DNA of 64,000 nt from Myxococcales bacterium (GTDB taxonomy: Bacteria; Myxococcota_A; Polyangia; Haliangiales; Haliangiaceae): the NCBI GenBank assembly GCA_947483555.1, contig CANKMW010000015.1, forward strand, positions 26,425-90,424, in the 5' to 3' direction. Below, one piece after another: positions 1-15,438 of this stretch. How positions within the stretch are numbered: the first letter of the stretch is position 1; each line of letters opens with the position of its first letter. Made by a program: the position numbers and the translations under genes. The notes below the pieces were generated by a model. It saw only the letters and a program-made list of their open reading frames with translations, had not been told where the DNA came from and searched no databases.

Positions 1-31
1 ATCGCCGTCGGCGCCGGGGTAGGGTCGGGGG

Positions 32-817
32 ATGAGCGATGCCGTCCGCTTCGAGCGCCACGACGCGATCGGGGTCATCACCCTCGACCGCCCCGACAAC
101 CGCAACAGCATGACGCCCGAGCTGCTCGACGCCTTCGCGGCGGCGGTCGGCGAGGCGCGGGCGGCCGTCGACCTGCGCTGCGTCGTGATCACCGGCACCG
201 GGACCTGCTTCTCGGCCGGGGCCGACTTCAAGTCGGTGCTGCAGCGCGACGACGGCGCGTGGCGCGCCCCGCACGAGAAGAGCTTCGCGATGTACGAGCC
301 GTTCCTGTCGGTGGTCGACATCGTGGTGCCGGTGATCGGCGCCCTCAACGGCCATACCGTCGGCGGCGGCTTCGGGCTGGCGATGTGTTGCGACATCCGC
401 ATCGGCGCCCGCGGTGCCCGCTACGGCGCCAACTTCACCCGGCTCGGCCTCGCACCGGGCATGGCGATCAGCTACGTGCTGCCGCGCCTGGTCGGCATCT
501 CGCGGGCCGCCGAGCTGCTGTTCACCGGCCGGCTCGTCGACGGCGACGAGGCCGAGCGCATCGGCCTGCTGTCGGCGGCGGTGGCGGCGGACCAGGTCTT
601 GCCGCGCGCGATGGAGCTGGCCAAGGCCATCGCCGCCAGCGCGCCGGTGGCGGTGCGCGAGACCAAGCGGGCGCTCTACCGCGGCCTGGACTGGGACGCC
701 CGCCGCGCCGCCTACGCCGAGTCGTTCGCGCAGGCCGAGTCGGTCGCCACCGCTGACGCCGCCGAGGGCATCGCCGCGCTGCTCGAGAAGCGCGAGCCGC
801 GGTTCACGGGCCGATAG
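32..817 (+). CDS. enoyl-CoA hydratase/isomerase (crotonase family)
   Basis: 261 aa ORF. Crotonase signatures are present: ITLDRPDNRNSM, GGGFGLAMCCDIRIGA, the C-terminal PVAVRETKRAL, and a conserved KREPRF end. Confidence 0.9.
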   Translation: MSDAVRFERHDAIGVITLDRPDNRNSMTPELLDAFAAAVGEARAAVDLRCVVITGTGTCFSAGADFKSVLQRDDGAWRAPHEKSFAMYEPFLSVVDIVVPVIGALNGHTVGGGFGLAMCCDIRIGARGARYGANFTRLGLAPGMAISYVLPRLVGISRAAELLFTGRLVDGDEAERIGLLSAAVAADQVLPRAMELAKAIAASAPVAVRETKRALYRGLDWDARRAAYAESFAQAESVATADAAEGIAALLEKREPRFTGR

Positions 818-835
818 CCAGCCGCCGGCGAGGGT

Positions 836-1489
836 TCAACGCTGACTGCGCCGCGCCCGCGTGTGCGCGACCAGGAGGGCGATCATCGCGACCAGCGTCC
901 CGACCGCGGCCAGCGGGATGACGTAGGCGCCGGCGCGCAGCGACACCATGCTGCGACCCAGCTCGGCGTCGAGCTCGGCGTTCGCCTCCGCCACCACGCG
1001 CCGCAACACGAGCAGGATGGCGACGCCGATCGCCGCCACCAGCAGCGACCCGATCAGGGCGCCGATCGGCCGCAGCCGCGAGCTGCGGCTGGTCAGGCCG
1101 AAGATCAACACCGCGATCATCGCCTCCAGCCCGAGCAGCGACCACATCGTGATCGAGGTGATGGTCCCGACCAGCTTGACGTCCTCGTCCTCGATCGCGT
1201 CGAGCGTGTCGAGCGCGTCCTGGGCGTCGTCGGCGCGCGACTTGAGACGCCCCTTGAGGTGCGGTGCGACCTTGCCCAGCACCCTGGCGCCGATCTTCTT
1301 CGTCGTGCTGTCGCGGTACTTCGCCAGCAGCTCGCGCACCGACTCTTCGCTGTTGCTGAGCTGGTAGAGCGACAGCGAACCGCGCTGGGTGACCGACGGA
1401 CCGTCGAGCTGCAGCTGGGCCGCCGGCAGGAACACGCCGATGACGCACAGCGCGGCGCAGACGGCGAACGACCAGGCTGCGAGTCGCAC
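836..1489 (-). CDS. hypothetical membrane protein
   Basis: 217 aa ORF with normal amino-acid composition. It has N-terminal and C-terminal hydrophobic segments and a central charged region. No family was recognised. Confidence 0.5.
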   Translation of the reverse strand: MRLAAWSFAVCAALCVIGVFLPAAQLQLDGPSVTQRGSLSLYQLSNSEESVRELLAKYRDSTTKKIGARVLGKVAPHLKGRLKSRADDAQDALDTLDAIEDEDVKLVGTITSITMWSLLGLEAMIAVLIFGLTSRSSRLRPIGALIGSLLVAAIGVAILLVLRRVVAEANAELDAELGRSMVSLRAGAYVIPLAAVGTLVAMIALLVAHTRARRSQR

Positions 1490-1687
1490 CGCCGCATCCT
1501 ACCCGGAAGTTGGACGGGTCCATGCTGACGCCACGGTCGCTACACAGTCCCGACCCGTGCGCGTAACGGGTTTCGCATGATCGGCGGGACTTTACGCGGT
1601 CCGACCATTTGATTCCGGAGGCTTACGCACCGCGTCGATGCGCCCGGTTCTTGCAGCCTCCCGGGTTGTCTTCCCGGAGTCCACGTC

Positions 1688-2740
<1,053 letters not shown>

Positions 2741-3074
2741 TCGAAGATCGAACGACGATCCCGCGAGCTGACGACCTTCGAGAGCGACTACGCCGCGGCC
2801 GCCGACGTCACCGCCGCCCACGCTTCGATCACCAGCCACGCCGACTTCCTGGTGTCGCTGATCCTGGGCCAGGACAGCGTCGCGCCGACGCGATCGTCCT
2901 GGTGGGGCGCGACGATGCCGTGATGGCCACCGGCGGCGGGTCCGCGCCGGGCGGCGGGGGCGGGCGCCCGAGCGGTGCGCGCGGTCACGTCCGACGGGCC
3001 GGGGCGTTTGTCGTGCCACGGCGAGCGGTCTCGCGAGTCATGGAGATGAACCAACTCGCAACGGAGACCAACCA

Positions 3075-3677
3075 ATGTCCCTCATGTCCTTCCCCGTCGT
3101 CGCCTCGTCCCTCGTCCTCGCTGGCCTGCTCGGCGCTTGTGGTGCCCAGAGCGACGAGGACTACCTTGGCCAGTCGCAGCTACGGCTGGCCGGCACCGTG
3201 GTCAACACCCTCGCGGTCGCGCCGGCCGCCGAGGTCACCATCCTCTGGACCTACGACACCGGCACCGGTGACTTCTCCGTCGGCCAGTCGGTGTCGGTGA
3301 TCGGCGCCTTCCCGGCCGCGTTCGCGCTCGATCTGTTCGAGCCGCCGGTCGGCCTGCCGGCCGAGACGTTCGCGACGATCGGCCTCATCACCGCGGTGTC
3401 CCCGACCCTGGCGGGGACCGTCGACGAGAGCGACCTGCTCGGGATCGCCGAGGACCATGTGCTGGTTTACCTGGCCCGCGACGTGGCGACGCTGCCGGCC
3501 GCGGAGCGGGCGCAGGCGGTCGAGATCTTCGGCGGCGAGCTGACCGCCGGCTTCCACCTGATGGCGGTGACGCCGTCGACCGACGTCTTCGACGACATGA
3601 CCCCGATCCCGTCGACCGCGCCGATCACCGTGCGCCTGGGGGCCGCCGGCAGCCTCGACATCCCGAACGTGTTCTGA
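3075..3677 (+). CDS. hypothetical lipoprotein
   Basis: The N-terminus MSLMSFPVVASSLVLAGLLGACG is a signal peptide plus lipobox. The 200 aa ORF has typical composition. Confidence 0.6.
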   Translation: MSLMSFPVVASSLVLAGLLGACGAQSDEDYLGQSQLRLAGTVVNTLAVAPAAEVTILWTYDTGTGDFSVGQSVSVIGAFPAAFALDLFEPPVGLPAETFATIGLITAVSPTLAGTVDESDLLGIAEDHVLVYLARDVATLPAAERAQAVEIFGGELTAGFHLMAVTPSTDVFDDMTPIPSTAPITVRLGAAGSLDIPNVF

Positions 3678-3691
3678 CGCGCCCGCGCTCG

Positions 3692-4225
3692 ATGCCCGCC
3701 ACCCTGTCCGCCGACTCGCGCGCCGCGCTGGCGCGGCTGTACCGCGACCACGGCTACGTCGTGGTGCTGCGGGGCCGGCGCTTGCTCGGCAGCGACGCCG
3801 AGGCCCAGGAACTCCTGCACGACGTGTTCGACACGCTGGTGCAGCGTGCCGCGGCCGGCGAGTCGACCCCGATGGACGAGCCGGCGGCCTGGCTGTACGC
3901 GGTCGCGACCCGGCGCGCCCTGACCCGGATCCGCGACTCGTCCCGGCGCGCGCACCTGCTCGCCGCGCAGCTCGCGCCGATGCTCGATGGGTCGCCGGCG
4001 GCGTCGACCGGGCGGGCCGCGGAACTCGCCGACCTGCTGGCCCAGCTGCCGGCAGACGAGCTGCGGGCGATCGTGCACTTCCACGTCGATGAGTTCACCC
4101 ACGACGAGATCGCCGCGCAGCTGGGCTGCTCGCGCCGCCACGTCGGCAACCTGCTGGGGCGCGGGCGACAGGCCCTGCACGCGCTGGCCGGCGCGATCGA
4201 GGAGGAGACCCATGACGCCTGCTGA
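3692..4225 (+). CDS. ECF-family RNA polymerase sigma factor (sigma-70 regions 2 and 4)
   Basis: The region-2-like segment LVQRAAAGESTP...AWLYAVATRRALTRIRDSSRR and the region-4 HTH ELRAIVHFHVDEFTHDEIAAQLGCSRRHVGNLLGRGRQAL are both present. Confidence 0.85.
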   Translation: MPATLSADSRAALARLYRDHGYVVVLRGRRLLGSDAEAQELLHDVFDTLVQRAAAGESTPMDEPAAWLYAVATRRALTRIRDSSRRAHLLAAQLAPMLDGSPAASTGRAAELADLLAQLPADELRAIVHFHVDEFTHDEIAAQLGCSRRHVGNLLGRGRQALHALAGAIEEETHDAC

Positions 4226-4952
4226 CCCTTGTCCATCGGAGCTGCGGCTGGTGCAGCTCGACGCCGGCGAGGGCGCCGCGCCGGTGGCGGCCCGCGCCGC
4301 GGCGCACGTGACCGGATGCCGGCGCTGCCAGGCTCGCCGCGCCGAGATCGCCGCGGTCCGGCGCCAGGTCGCGGCCTCCAGCGCCAGCCCGCCGAGCTGG
4401 CTCGCGCCACCGGCGCGGCGGTCATGGCGGCGGCGCGCAGTGGTCCCGGCGCTGGCCATGGCGGCGGCGCTGGCGCTGGTGGTCGTCGGCTGGCGCGGGC
4501 CGGGCGGCATCGCCACCGACGGTGGCGAGCGGCGCAAGGGCGGTGGACTGGTGCTGACGGTCTACATCCACCGCGATGGCGCGGTGGTGCCGGGCGCCGA
4601 CGGCGCGCCGGTGTTCCCGGCCGACCAGCTCCGGTTCGCGTTGTCCGGCGCAGTCGGCGCCCGCTACGTGGCGGTGCTGTCACTGGATGGCGGCGGCCGA
4701 GCGTCGGTCTACGCCCCGGTCGACGCCGGGCCGCTGCGCCTCCAGCTGGGCGGACCGCGCCAGCTCGTGCCCGGCGCGATCGAGCTCGACGACGTGATCG
4801 GCCCGGAACGCCTGATCGGGCTGGCGTGCGATCGCCCCATCGCCGTCGCCGCGCTGCGGGCCCGGCTCGAAGCGGACCGCGCGCTGCCACCTCCCGCGGG
4901 CTGCGTCAGCGCCGAGCTCACGCTCGACAAGCGGGCCCGGGTGCAGCCATGA
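4212..4952 (+). CDS. anti-sigma factor, zinc-finger (ZAS-like) with single TM
   Basis: An ATG at 4212 sits behind a GGAGGAGAcc Shine-Dalgarno. The N-terminus CPSELRL...HVTGCRRCQ is an H-x3-C-x2-C zinc motif. It is followed by a TM segment PALAMAAALALVVVGW and a periplasmic domain. The gene lies immediately downstream of the ECF sigma gene, and its end overlaps the next gene in an ATGA arrangement. Confidence 0.7.
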   Translation: MTPADPCPSELRLVQLDAGEGAAPVAARAAAHVTGCRRCQARRAEIAAVRRQVAASSASPPSWLAPPARRSWRRRAVVPALAMAAALALVVVGWRGPGGIATDGGERRKGGGLVLTVYIHRDGAVVPGADGAPVFPADQLRFALSGAVGARYVAVLSLDGGGRASVYAPVDAGPLRLQLGGPRQLVPGAIELDDVIGPERLIGLACDRPIAVAALRARLEADRALPPPAGCVSAELTLDKRARVQP

Positions 4953-6517
4953 CCCGGTCGTGGGTGGTCGTGGTCGCGGCCGTGGCCGTGGTCGCGGCCG
5001 CCGCTGCGCCGGTCGCGGCCGGGGTCGAGCGCTACGCGGTCTTGATCGCCAGCAACCGTGGCCTCGCCGACGAGGCCGAGCTGCGCTACGCCGAGGCCGA
5101 CGTCGGCAAGGTCGAGGGCGTGCTGCGGGACCTCGGCGGCATTCCGGCCGAGAACATCACCGTCCTACGCGGGGCCGACCCGGCGGCCGTCCGGCGCGCG
5201 CTCATCGCCGTCAACGATCGGGTCCGCACGGCGGGCGGCGACTCGCTGTTGTTCGTCTACTACTCCGGCCACGCCAGCGCCGATGGCCTGCACCTCGGCC
5301 GCGCGATCTTGGCCCACGACGAGGTGACCAAGCTGGTCCGCGGCTCGGCGGCGACCATCCGACTGCTGGTGGTCGACTCGTGCCGGTCGGGCGCGGTGAC
5401 GCGGCGCAAGGGCGGCCGCGCCGTGGCCGCGTTCGCCATCGCGGTCGAGGAGTCGCTGGCCGGCGAGGGGGCGATCTTCCTGTCGTCGAGCGCGGCCGAC
5501 GAGGACTCGCAGGAGTCGGACGACCTGAAGGGGTCGTTCTTCACCCACTACCTGGTGTCGGGGCTGGTCGGGGCGGCCGACATCGACGGCGACGGTCAGG
5601 TCGTGATCGACGAGGCCTACCGCTACGCGTACGACAACACGCTGCGGGCCTCGAGCCGGACCGAGGCTGGTGCGCAGCACCCGACCTTCCGGTACGACGT
5701 CCGGGGCCAGGGCAAGATCGCGCTGTCGTGGCCGGCGGCGACGGTCGGAACGCGGGGCCAGCTGACGGTGCCGGTCGGCCGGGCCTACCTGGTGTTCGAG
5801 CGCGACGGCCAGGGGGCGGTGGCGGCCGAGGTCAGCCAGCACGACACGCACCGCACCATCGCGCTGCGCCCGGGGCGCTACTTCGTGCGCGGGCGCGGCG
5901 ACGACGACCTGCTCGAGGGCGCGGTCACGATCGCGGCCGGCCAGGTGACCACGGTCGACGCGGGCGCGCTCGACCGCGTCGCGTACGCACGCCTGGTGCG
6001 CAAGGGCGGGCCGCGGCGGGTGGCCCGAGCGCTGACGGTCGAGGCGGTGGCCAGGTCGGGGCTGTACGGCGGCGTGGCGCCATGCCTGGGCGGTGCGGTG
6101 GCTCACCGGCTCGACCTGCCGGCGCTCACCCTCCAGGGGCGGGTCACCGGCTGTCGCGCTGGCTATCGGAACTCGATCGTCGCCACGACGGCGATCGAGG
6201 TCGGTGGCGAGGCTGCGGCCCTGCACGTGCGCGACTTCCGGAGCTGGGCCGTCGAGTTCGGTGTCGTCGCGGGCGCGAGCTGGCTGCACCAGCGCCACCA
6301 GACGCGGGGTGTGGCCCCGCCGCGCGACGCACTGGCGCCGCTGCTGGGCGTCGACCTGGCCGCGGCGATCGACCTCGAGCCGCGGCTGTACCTGTCGCTG
6401 ACGGTCCGGGCCCGCACCTACTTCATGCAGCGCACCAGCGGCGCCGGCGGCGAGGCCGTCGCCCTGATCCCGGTGTTCACCGGGGGCGTCGGCGTCGGGC
6501 TGGGCTGGCGCTACTGA
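4949..6517 (+). CDS. secreted caspase-domain protein (peptidase C14 family) with C-terminal beta-rich domain
   Basis: The N-terminal signal/TM is MTRSWVVVVAAVAVVAAAAAPVAAG. The caspase His-Cys dyad context is present: YSGHASADGLHL ... LLVVDSCRSGA. The first ~240 codons of the 762 aa six-frame ORF are a frame artefact of the anti-sigma gene. Confidence 0.8.
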   Translation: MTRSWVVVVAAVAVVAAAAAPVAAGVERYAVLIASNRGLADEAELRYAEADVGKVEGVLRDLGGIPAENITVLRGADPAAVRRALIAVNDRVRTAGGDSLLFVYYSGHASADGLHLGRAILAHDEVTKLVRGSAATIRLLVVDSCRSGAVTRRKGGRAVAAFAIAVEESLAGEGAIFLSSSAADEDSQESDDLKGSFFTHYLVSGLVGAADIDGDGQVVIDEAYRYAYDNTLRASSRTEAGAQHPTFRYDVRGQGKIALSWPAATVGTRGQLTVPVGRAYLVFERDGQGAVAAEVSQHDTHRTIALRPGRYFVRGRGDDDLLEGAVTIAAGQVTTVDAGALDRVAYARLVRKGGPRRVARALTVEAVARSGLYGGVAPCLGGAVAHRLDLPALTLQGRVTGCRAGYRNSIVATTAIEVGGEAAALHVRDFRSWAVEFGVVAGASWLHQRHQTRGVAPPRDALAPLLGVDLAAAIDLEPRLYLSLTVRARTYFMQRTSGAGGEAVALIPVFTGGVGVGLGWRY

Positions 6518-6567
6518 TCGCTCGTGGAAACCACGGACGCTCGCGATGGCATGCCCTGACGCCGAGG

Positions 6568-7035
6568 AGCGGCACCATCGACTTCGCCAACAACGTCGGC
6601 ATCAAGGGCGACGCCGAAGGCCTGCTGAGCTCGCTGTGCGTCAACATCGAGTCCGGGCACCGCATCGAGGAGACCGAGGTCGACTCGATGGTGATCGACG
6701 GCATCGAGGCCACCGCCGACGGCGATCAGCCGTTCCGCACCTACGGCTTCGCGGTCGCTGCCGGCGGCGTCGGCCAGCGTTTCTTCTCCAAGTACTACGA
6801 GGACGCCGATCCGACCGCGCGCACGATCGTGAAGGTCCTCGGCCGCACCATCCTGTCAATGCCGGTCTCGATGACGCCGCTGCGCCACCGGGTCTCGGCA
6901 AGCTGGCCGAGTACGCCGACCACATCTTCCGCCCGACCCAGGCCCGCATCACGCTCGACGGCATGATCCTGCCCGGCGAGGACCACACCGGCATCCACGT
7001 GGCGTCGATGTCGATCAACCTCGGCGGCGTGGTCA
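6568..7035 (+). pseudogene. duplicated fragment of the DAGK-like lipid kinase gene (internal ~470 bp, ~97% identical to 1983-2452), frameshifted
   Basis: The nucleotide string ggcaccatcgacttc...gccaacaacgtcggcatcaagggcgacgccgaaggcctgct... recurs. The translated segment GTIDFANNVGIKGDAEGLL...MPVSMTPLRH is then broken by an indel near 6888. No start codon or N-terminal domain is present. Confidence 0.7.
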
Positions 7036-7397
7036 ACGCGTTCCGCGCCTTCGAGCCGGGGCCGATCGCCATGCGCGCGGTGCTGGCGACGCAGCTCTCG
7101 TTGATCCCGCCATCGCAGGTCCCATGGCTGGTCTGTGAGTGGTTGCCACCAGTCCCACGCACCAGCCCGGGCGCGCACCGGATCCCCGGCCTGGTGCCCG
7201 ACGGCTGGCTGGTGCTGGGCGCGGGCAATGGGCTGCGCGCCAAGATCACCGGGAGTCCGTCGGCGCAGTTCCGCGGCCAGCCGACCAAGGTGGTGACCGA
7301 GGTCGCGCCGGCGCCAGTGGCGCCCGACGGCTGGAAACGGCCGTTCTGAACCGTCGCGCGGTGCCCTTCCGCTGGCACCGGGGCGGTAGTGTAGGGA

Positions 7398-8138
7398 GTG
7401 GCCTATCGAGCGTCTGACGATCGCCGCAGCGCCGCCCGCGACGAGCAGCGCCGTGCCCGCGACGAACTGGATCAGCTGGCGACCGAGGGGGCGACGCAGG
7501 CGGCGACGCAGGCGGCCGAGTCCGGTCGGCGCGAGGGCCGCAAGCAGCGACGCGCGGCGGCAAAGGTCAACGCGCGCGACCGCGCCGTGTTGCGTGAGGC
7601 GGTGCTCGGTGGGTCGTGGGCATTCATCGTGACGATCCTGGTGTCGGTCGCCGTCGGCTGCGGTGGCGGCTCGCTGCTGATCGCGTTCTCCGCCGGGCGT
7701 CAGTGGATGGTCGGCCTCGGCATCGCCGCGGTCGTTCTCGGGGCAGCGGTCGCGTGGTGCAGCCGCTACGTCATCGGCGGCCGCGCGATCGCGGCCGAGG
7801 AGCGCTTCGTGGCTGGCCTGGGCTTCCCGATCGACGGCTACTTCCGGGTCCTGTCCCTCGATCCCAGCGACTGTCACCTCGAGCTGACGATCGAGGTGGT
7901 CGCCGACGTACCCGAGGAGGACACGGCGCGCGGGCTAGCTGGACTGGTCAAGGCCGAGCTGCACGAACGCGGCGATCGCCGGCTGGTGCTGCGCAGCCCG
8001 AGGCTGTCCACCGACGGCGGCGACGGTCCATCGCACAACCGCGGCGTGCACGCCTGGCTGCGTGGCGCCGTCGAGCGGGTGCTGGTGCCGCTGCACCGCG
8101 GCTACCCGATCGCGCGGGTCGGCTTGAAGCGGTCGTGA
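7398..8138 (+). CDS. hypothetical membrane protein (charged N-terminus, 3-4 TM helices)
   Basis: 246 aa ORF of normal composition. It contains TM helices WAFIVTILVSVAVGCGG and GLGIAAVVLGAAVAW. Confidence 0.5.
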   Translation: MAYRASDDRRSAARDEQRRARDELDQLATEGATQAATQAAESGRREGRKQRRAAAKVNARDRAVLREAVLGGSWAFIVTILVSVAVGCGGGSLLIAFSAGRQWMVGLGIAAVVLGAAVAWCSRYVIGGRAIAAEERFVAGLGFPIDGYFRVLSLDPSDCHLELTIEVVADVPEEDTARGLAGLVKAELHERGDRRLVLRSPRLSTDGGDGPSHNRGVHAWLRGAVERVLVPLHRGYPIARVGLKRS

Positions 8139-8168
8139 CGTAGCAGTCCCCGGCGACGACGAGCGCCA

Positions 8169-8735
8169 TCAGTCGCCGGGTAGATCGAACACCCCGGCGA
8201 AGACCGCGTCGACGTCGAGCACGATGCCGTTGGTCAGCGTGATGCGATCGCCGGCGCTCGCGGATGCGTAGATCCAGCGATTGTCGATCCGTGCGAAGTG
8301 CTCGATGTGCGCGCGATCCTGGGAGACCAGGATGTAGTCGGTCAGCGATGGCAGGCCCTGGTAGCTGTTCCACTTCAGCCCGCGATCGTATTGCTCGGTG
8401 GTCGACGACAGGACCTCCACGACCATCGTCGGGTTGGTGAGCACATCATCATGCTCGATGGCCGGTGCGCCGCAGACCACTGACAGATCGGGATAGACGT
8501 AGCGACGGTCGTGGGCGCGAACCCGCTGGTCCGAGGCGACGACGGTGCAGCCACCGGCTGCGAGCCCTGGCTCCAGCGCGAATCCAACCTTCATGATCAG
8601 CCGGTTGTGTCGATAGCTGCCACCGGCCATCGCGAACACCTCGCCGTCGAAGTACTCGTGCTTGCGCTCCTGCTGGCGTTCCCACGCGAGGTACTCCTCG
8701 GCAGACAGCTGCGACCGCTCGGCAACGCGACCCAT
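8169..8735 (-). CDS. Uma2-family endonuclease (DUF820, putative restriction endonuclease-like)
   Basis: EYLAWERQQERKHEYFDGEV...PDLSVVCG...EVLSSTTEQYDRGLKWNSYQGLPSLTDYILVSQD is the classic Uma2/DUF820 pattern. Confidence 0.85.
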   Translation of the reverse strand: MGRVAERSQLSAEEYLAWERQQERKHEYFDGEVFAMAGGSYRHNRLIMKVGFALEPGLAAGGCTVVASDQRVRAHDRRYVYPDLSVVCGAPAIEHDDVLTNPTMVVEVLSSTTEQYDRGLKWNSYQGLPSLTDYILVSQDRAHIEHFARIDNRWIYASASAGDRITLTNGIVLDVDAVFAGVFDLPGD

Positions 8736-8796
8736 CCTGGGAGTCTAGCGGAGATCGGTCAGCCGGGCGTTGAGTGGATCGCCGGCCGGGTATGCG

Positions 8797-9123
8797 CTAC
8801 TCGCAGCGCACGGTCGCCGGGCCGCCGCCCTCGATCGCGCATTGCTTCTTGCCGCACCGGGCGGCCGCGCACGCCTCGGCGCGCTTGTCGTAGCAGCGGC
8901 GCTTGACCAGGAAGAAGCAGTCGTCGCGCCGGCCCTGGTAGCGCCATCCACCCCACCGCTTGTCCTTCGCCGACACCTGGTCGTCGTCGCCGGCGGCCTG
9001 CTCGGCCCGGGCCCGCTCGCCGGCGGTCGTCGGCGTCCGGGCACCGGTCGCCGAGGTGCTCTCGCCGCACCCGGCGCCGAGGCCGAGGCCGAGCAGGAGG
9101 GCGAAGGCGAGGCGGGCGACGCG
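8797..9123 (-). CDS. small Cys-rich secreted lipoprotein (probable GTG start)
   Basis: An internal GTG gives VRVARLAFALLLGLGLGAGCG, a signal peptide plus lipobox. The mature region is Cys-rich. The N-terminal extension of the ORF is probably artefactual. Confidence 0.4.
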   Translation of the reverse strand, partial: RVARLAFALLLGLGLGAGCGESTSATGARTPTTAGERARAEQAAGDDDQVSAKDKRWGGWRYQGRRDDCFFLVKRRCYDKRAEACAAARCGKKQCAIEGGGPATVRCE

Positions 9124-9152
9124 CACGAAGGGATCATGCCATAGTTCCCGCC

Positions 9153-9782
9153 GTGGCCGCCGACGATGAGGAGCTGCGCGCACGCCTGGCGGCGCTCGAG
9201 GCCGAGGTCAAGGCCGATGGCGACGCCCAGCGCCTCCGCCGCTCCGAGGCCGAGGTCAAGGTGCGGGCGCAGCGCGCCAGGCAGCAGGCCGAGAAGGACG
9301 AGCTGCGCGAGCGCCAGGCGGCGATCGTCAAGGCCAAGTCCGGTGGCGCCGCCCGTGGTCGCGAGCGCGACCGCGGCGGCGATCTCGAGACCGCGCTCGA
9401 CCTGGCGCGCAAGGCCTCCGACGCCAAGCACGAGCTGACCAAGCCGCGCGAGGCCGGCGAGAAGTCGTGGCTGATCTCGGGGGCGCTGTCGTTCTTCTTC
9501 GGGCCGCTGGGCTGGCTGTACGCCGGCGCCTGGCGCGAGACCATCCCGGCCGCCGGGCTGTACCTGATCGTCGCCAGCATCGTGGCCAAGATCGTGCCGA
9601 TGTTCCTGCTCATGCCGGTCCTGATGGTCGTGCTGCCCATCTCGGGGGTCGCCGGCGTGGTCTACGCCATCGGCCACAACCGCCACAACCAGCGCATCCG
9701 CCTGTTCGGCGACGAGGGCGACAAGAGCGACGATCCGCGCATCGGCAAGCTCGGCGCCGGCCGCGGCGCCGACGAGGACTAG
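9153..9782 (+). CDS. hypothetical membrane protein with N-terminal coiled-coil
   Basis: The first 100 aa are a charged, A/E/R/K-rich helical region. Three TM helices follow: LISGALSFFFGPLGWLYAGAW, LYLIVASIVAKIVPMFLLMPVLMVVL, ... Confidence 0.55.
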   Translation: MAADDEELRARLAALEAEVKADGDAQRLRRSEAEVKVRAQRARQQAEKDELRERQAAIVKAKSGGAARGRERDRGGDLETALDLARKASDAKHELTKPREAGEKSWLISGALSFFFGPLGWLYAGAWRETIPAAGLYLIVASIVAKIVPMFLLMPVLMVVLPISGVAGVVYAIGHNRHNQRIRLFGDEGDKSDDPRIGKLGAGRGADED

Positions 9783-9783
9783 C

Positions 9784-14444
<4,661 letters not shown>

Positions 14445-14448
<4 letters not shown>

Positions 14449-15425
14449 CCCGCACCGCATCCATCCTGCTGCTGCTCCTGCTGGCCTGTGGCCGCGAGCG
14501 GGCCACGCCAGCGGCGGCAGCGTGGCCGACGGCGCGCTCAGCGTGCGCAGCGCCCACCGGCCCGCGACACGACTGGCGACACCGTCGCAGCGAGCTGGTC
14601 GCACGGCTGGGCGACGCCCACCACGTGGCCAGCGACGCGATCGTCGCCGCTGGCGCGACGACCGAGCTGCACGGCAAGGTCGCGTACGGCAAGATCTCGA
14701 AGGACCTCGAGGAAGAGGACGTCGTGGTCTTCCTGTCGTCGGCCGGCCCGCGCGGCGACTGCGCGCCGCGCCAGCTCGGAACCGCGACCACCAACGACGA
14801 CGGGCGGGTGTCGTTCGACGCTGGCAAGCTGGCCGCCGGCTTCCACCGCTACTGGCTGATCGTCGCCGGCGACGGCACCACGGCCGAGGCCGGGGTCTGG
14901 GTCCTGCCGGGTCCGACGCCGGCGGTGATCTTCGACGTCGACGGGACGCTGACCACCAGCGACGGCGAGCTGTTCGACGACCTGATCGGCAGCGGCGCCG
15001 CCGCCTTCGACGGTGCCGCCGCGGTCGCGCAGCGCTGGGCCGACAAGGGCTACCTGATCGTCTACGTCACCGGTCGCCCGTATCCGCTGCGCGCACTCAC
15101 GCGGCGCTGGCTCGACGCCGGCGGCTTCCCCGACGGCCCGCTGTTCACGCCGGAACGCCTGCGCGACGGCGTGCCGACTCGCGACGGGGTCGGCGCCTAC
15201 AAGCGCGAGGCGTTCACCACCCTGCAAGCGAGCGGGTTGCGCGTCGTCCGCGCCTACGGCAACGCCGCGACCGACGTGTGCGCGTACGCGCAGGCCGGGA
15301 TTCCGCCCGCGCTCACGTACATCATCGGGACGCCCACGCCGTGCGATGCCTTCACGGTCCCGCATGCGCTCGCGGGCTATGTCGATCACCTCGCCGACGT
15401 CGAGCGCCAGCCGACGGTCCGGTGA
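14445..15425 (+). CDS. HAD-superfamily phosphatase-like lipoprotein
   Basis: The GTG start overlaps the lhr stop (GTGA). [16 protein letters not shown] is a signal peptide plus lipobox. The HAD motif I is [10 protein letters not shown] and a downstream YVTGRP motif is present. This resembles LNS2/App1-like lipid phosphatases. Confidence 0.65.
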
Positions 15426-15438
15426 CGATGATCGGGTT

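Noticed and set aside
4229-6966. Very long overlapping ORFs rich in R/G/A/P. Examples are 4229..6517 (first part), 4960..6966, 3467..4537(-) and 3754..4890(-).
   Set aside because: Their composition is typical of off-frame translation in a ~70% GC genome. They overlap well-supported genes (ECF sigma, anti-sigma, caspase) and have no recognisable motifs.
7060-7397. A continuation of the duplicated-fragment ORF (6546..7349) and the overlapping ORF 7139..7417.
   Set aside because: The region downstream of the pseudogene fragment has no start context or motifs. It is likely non-coding or remnant sequence.
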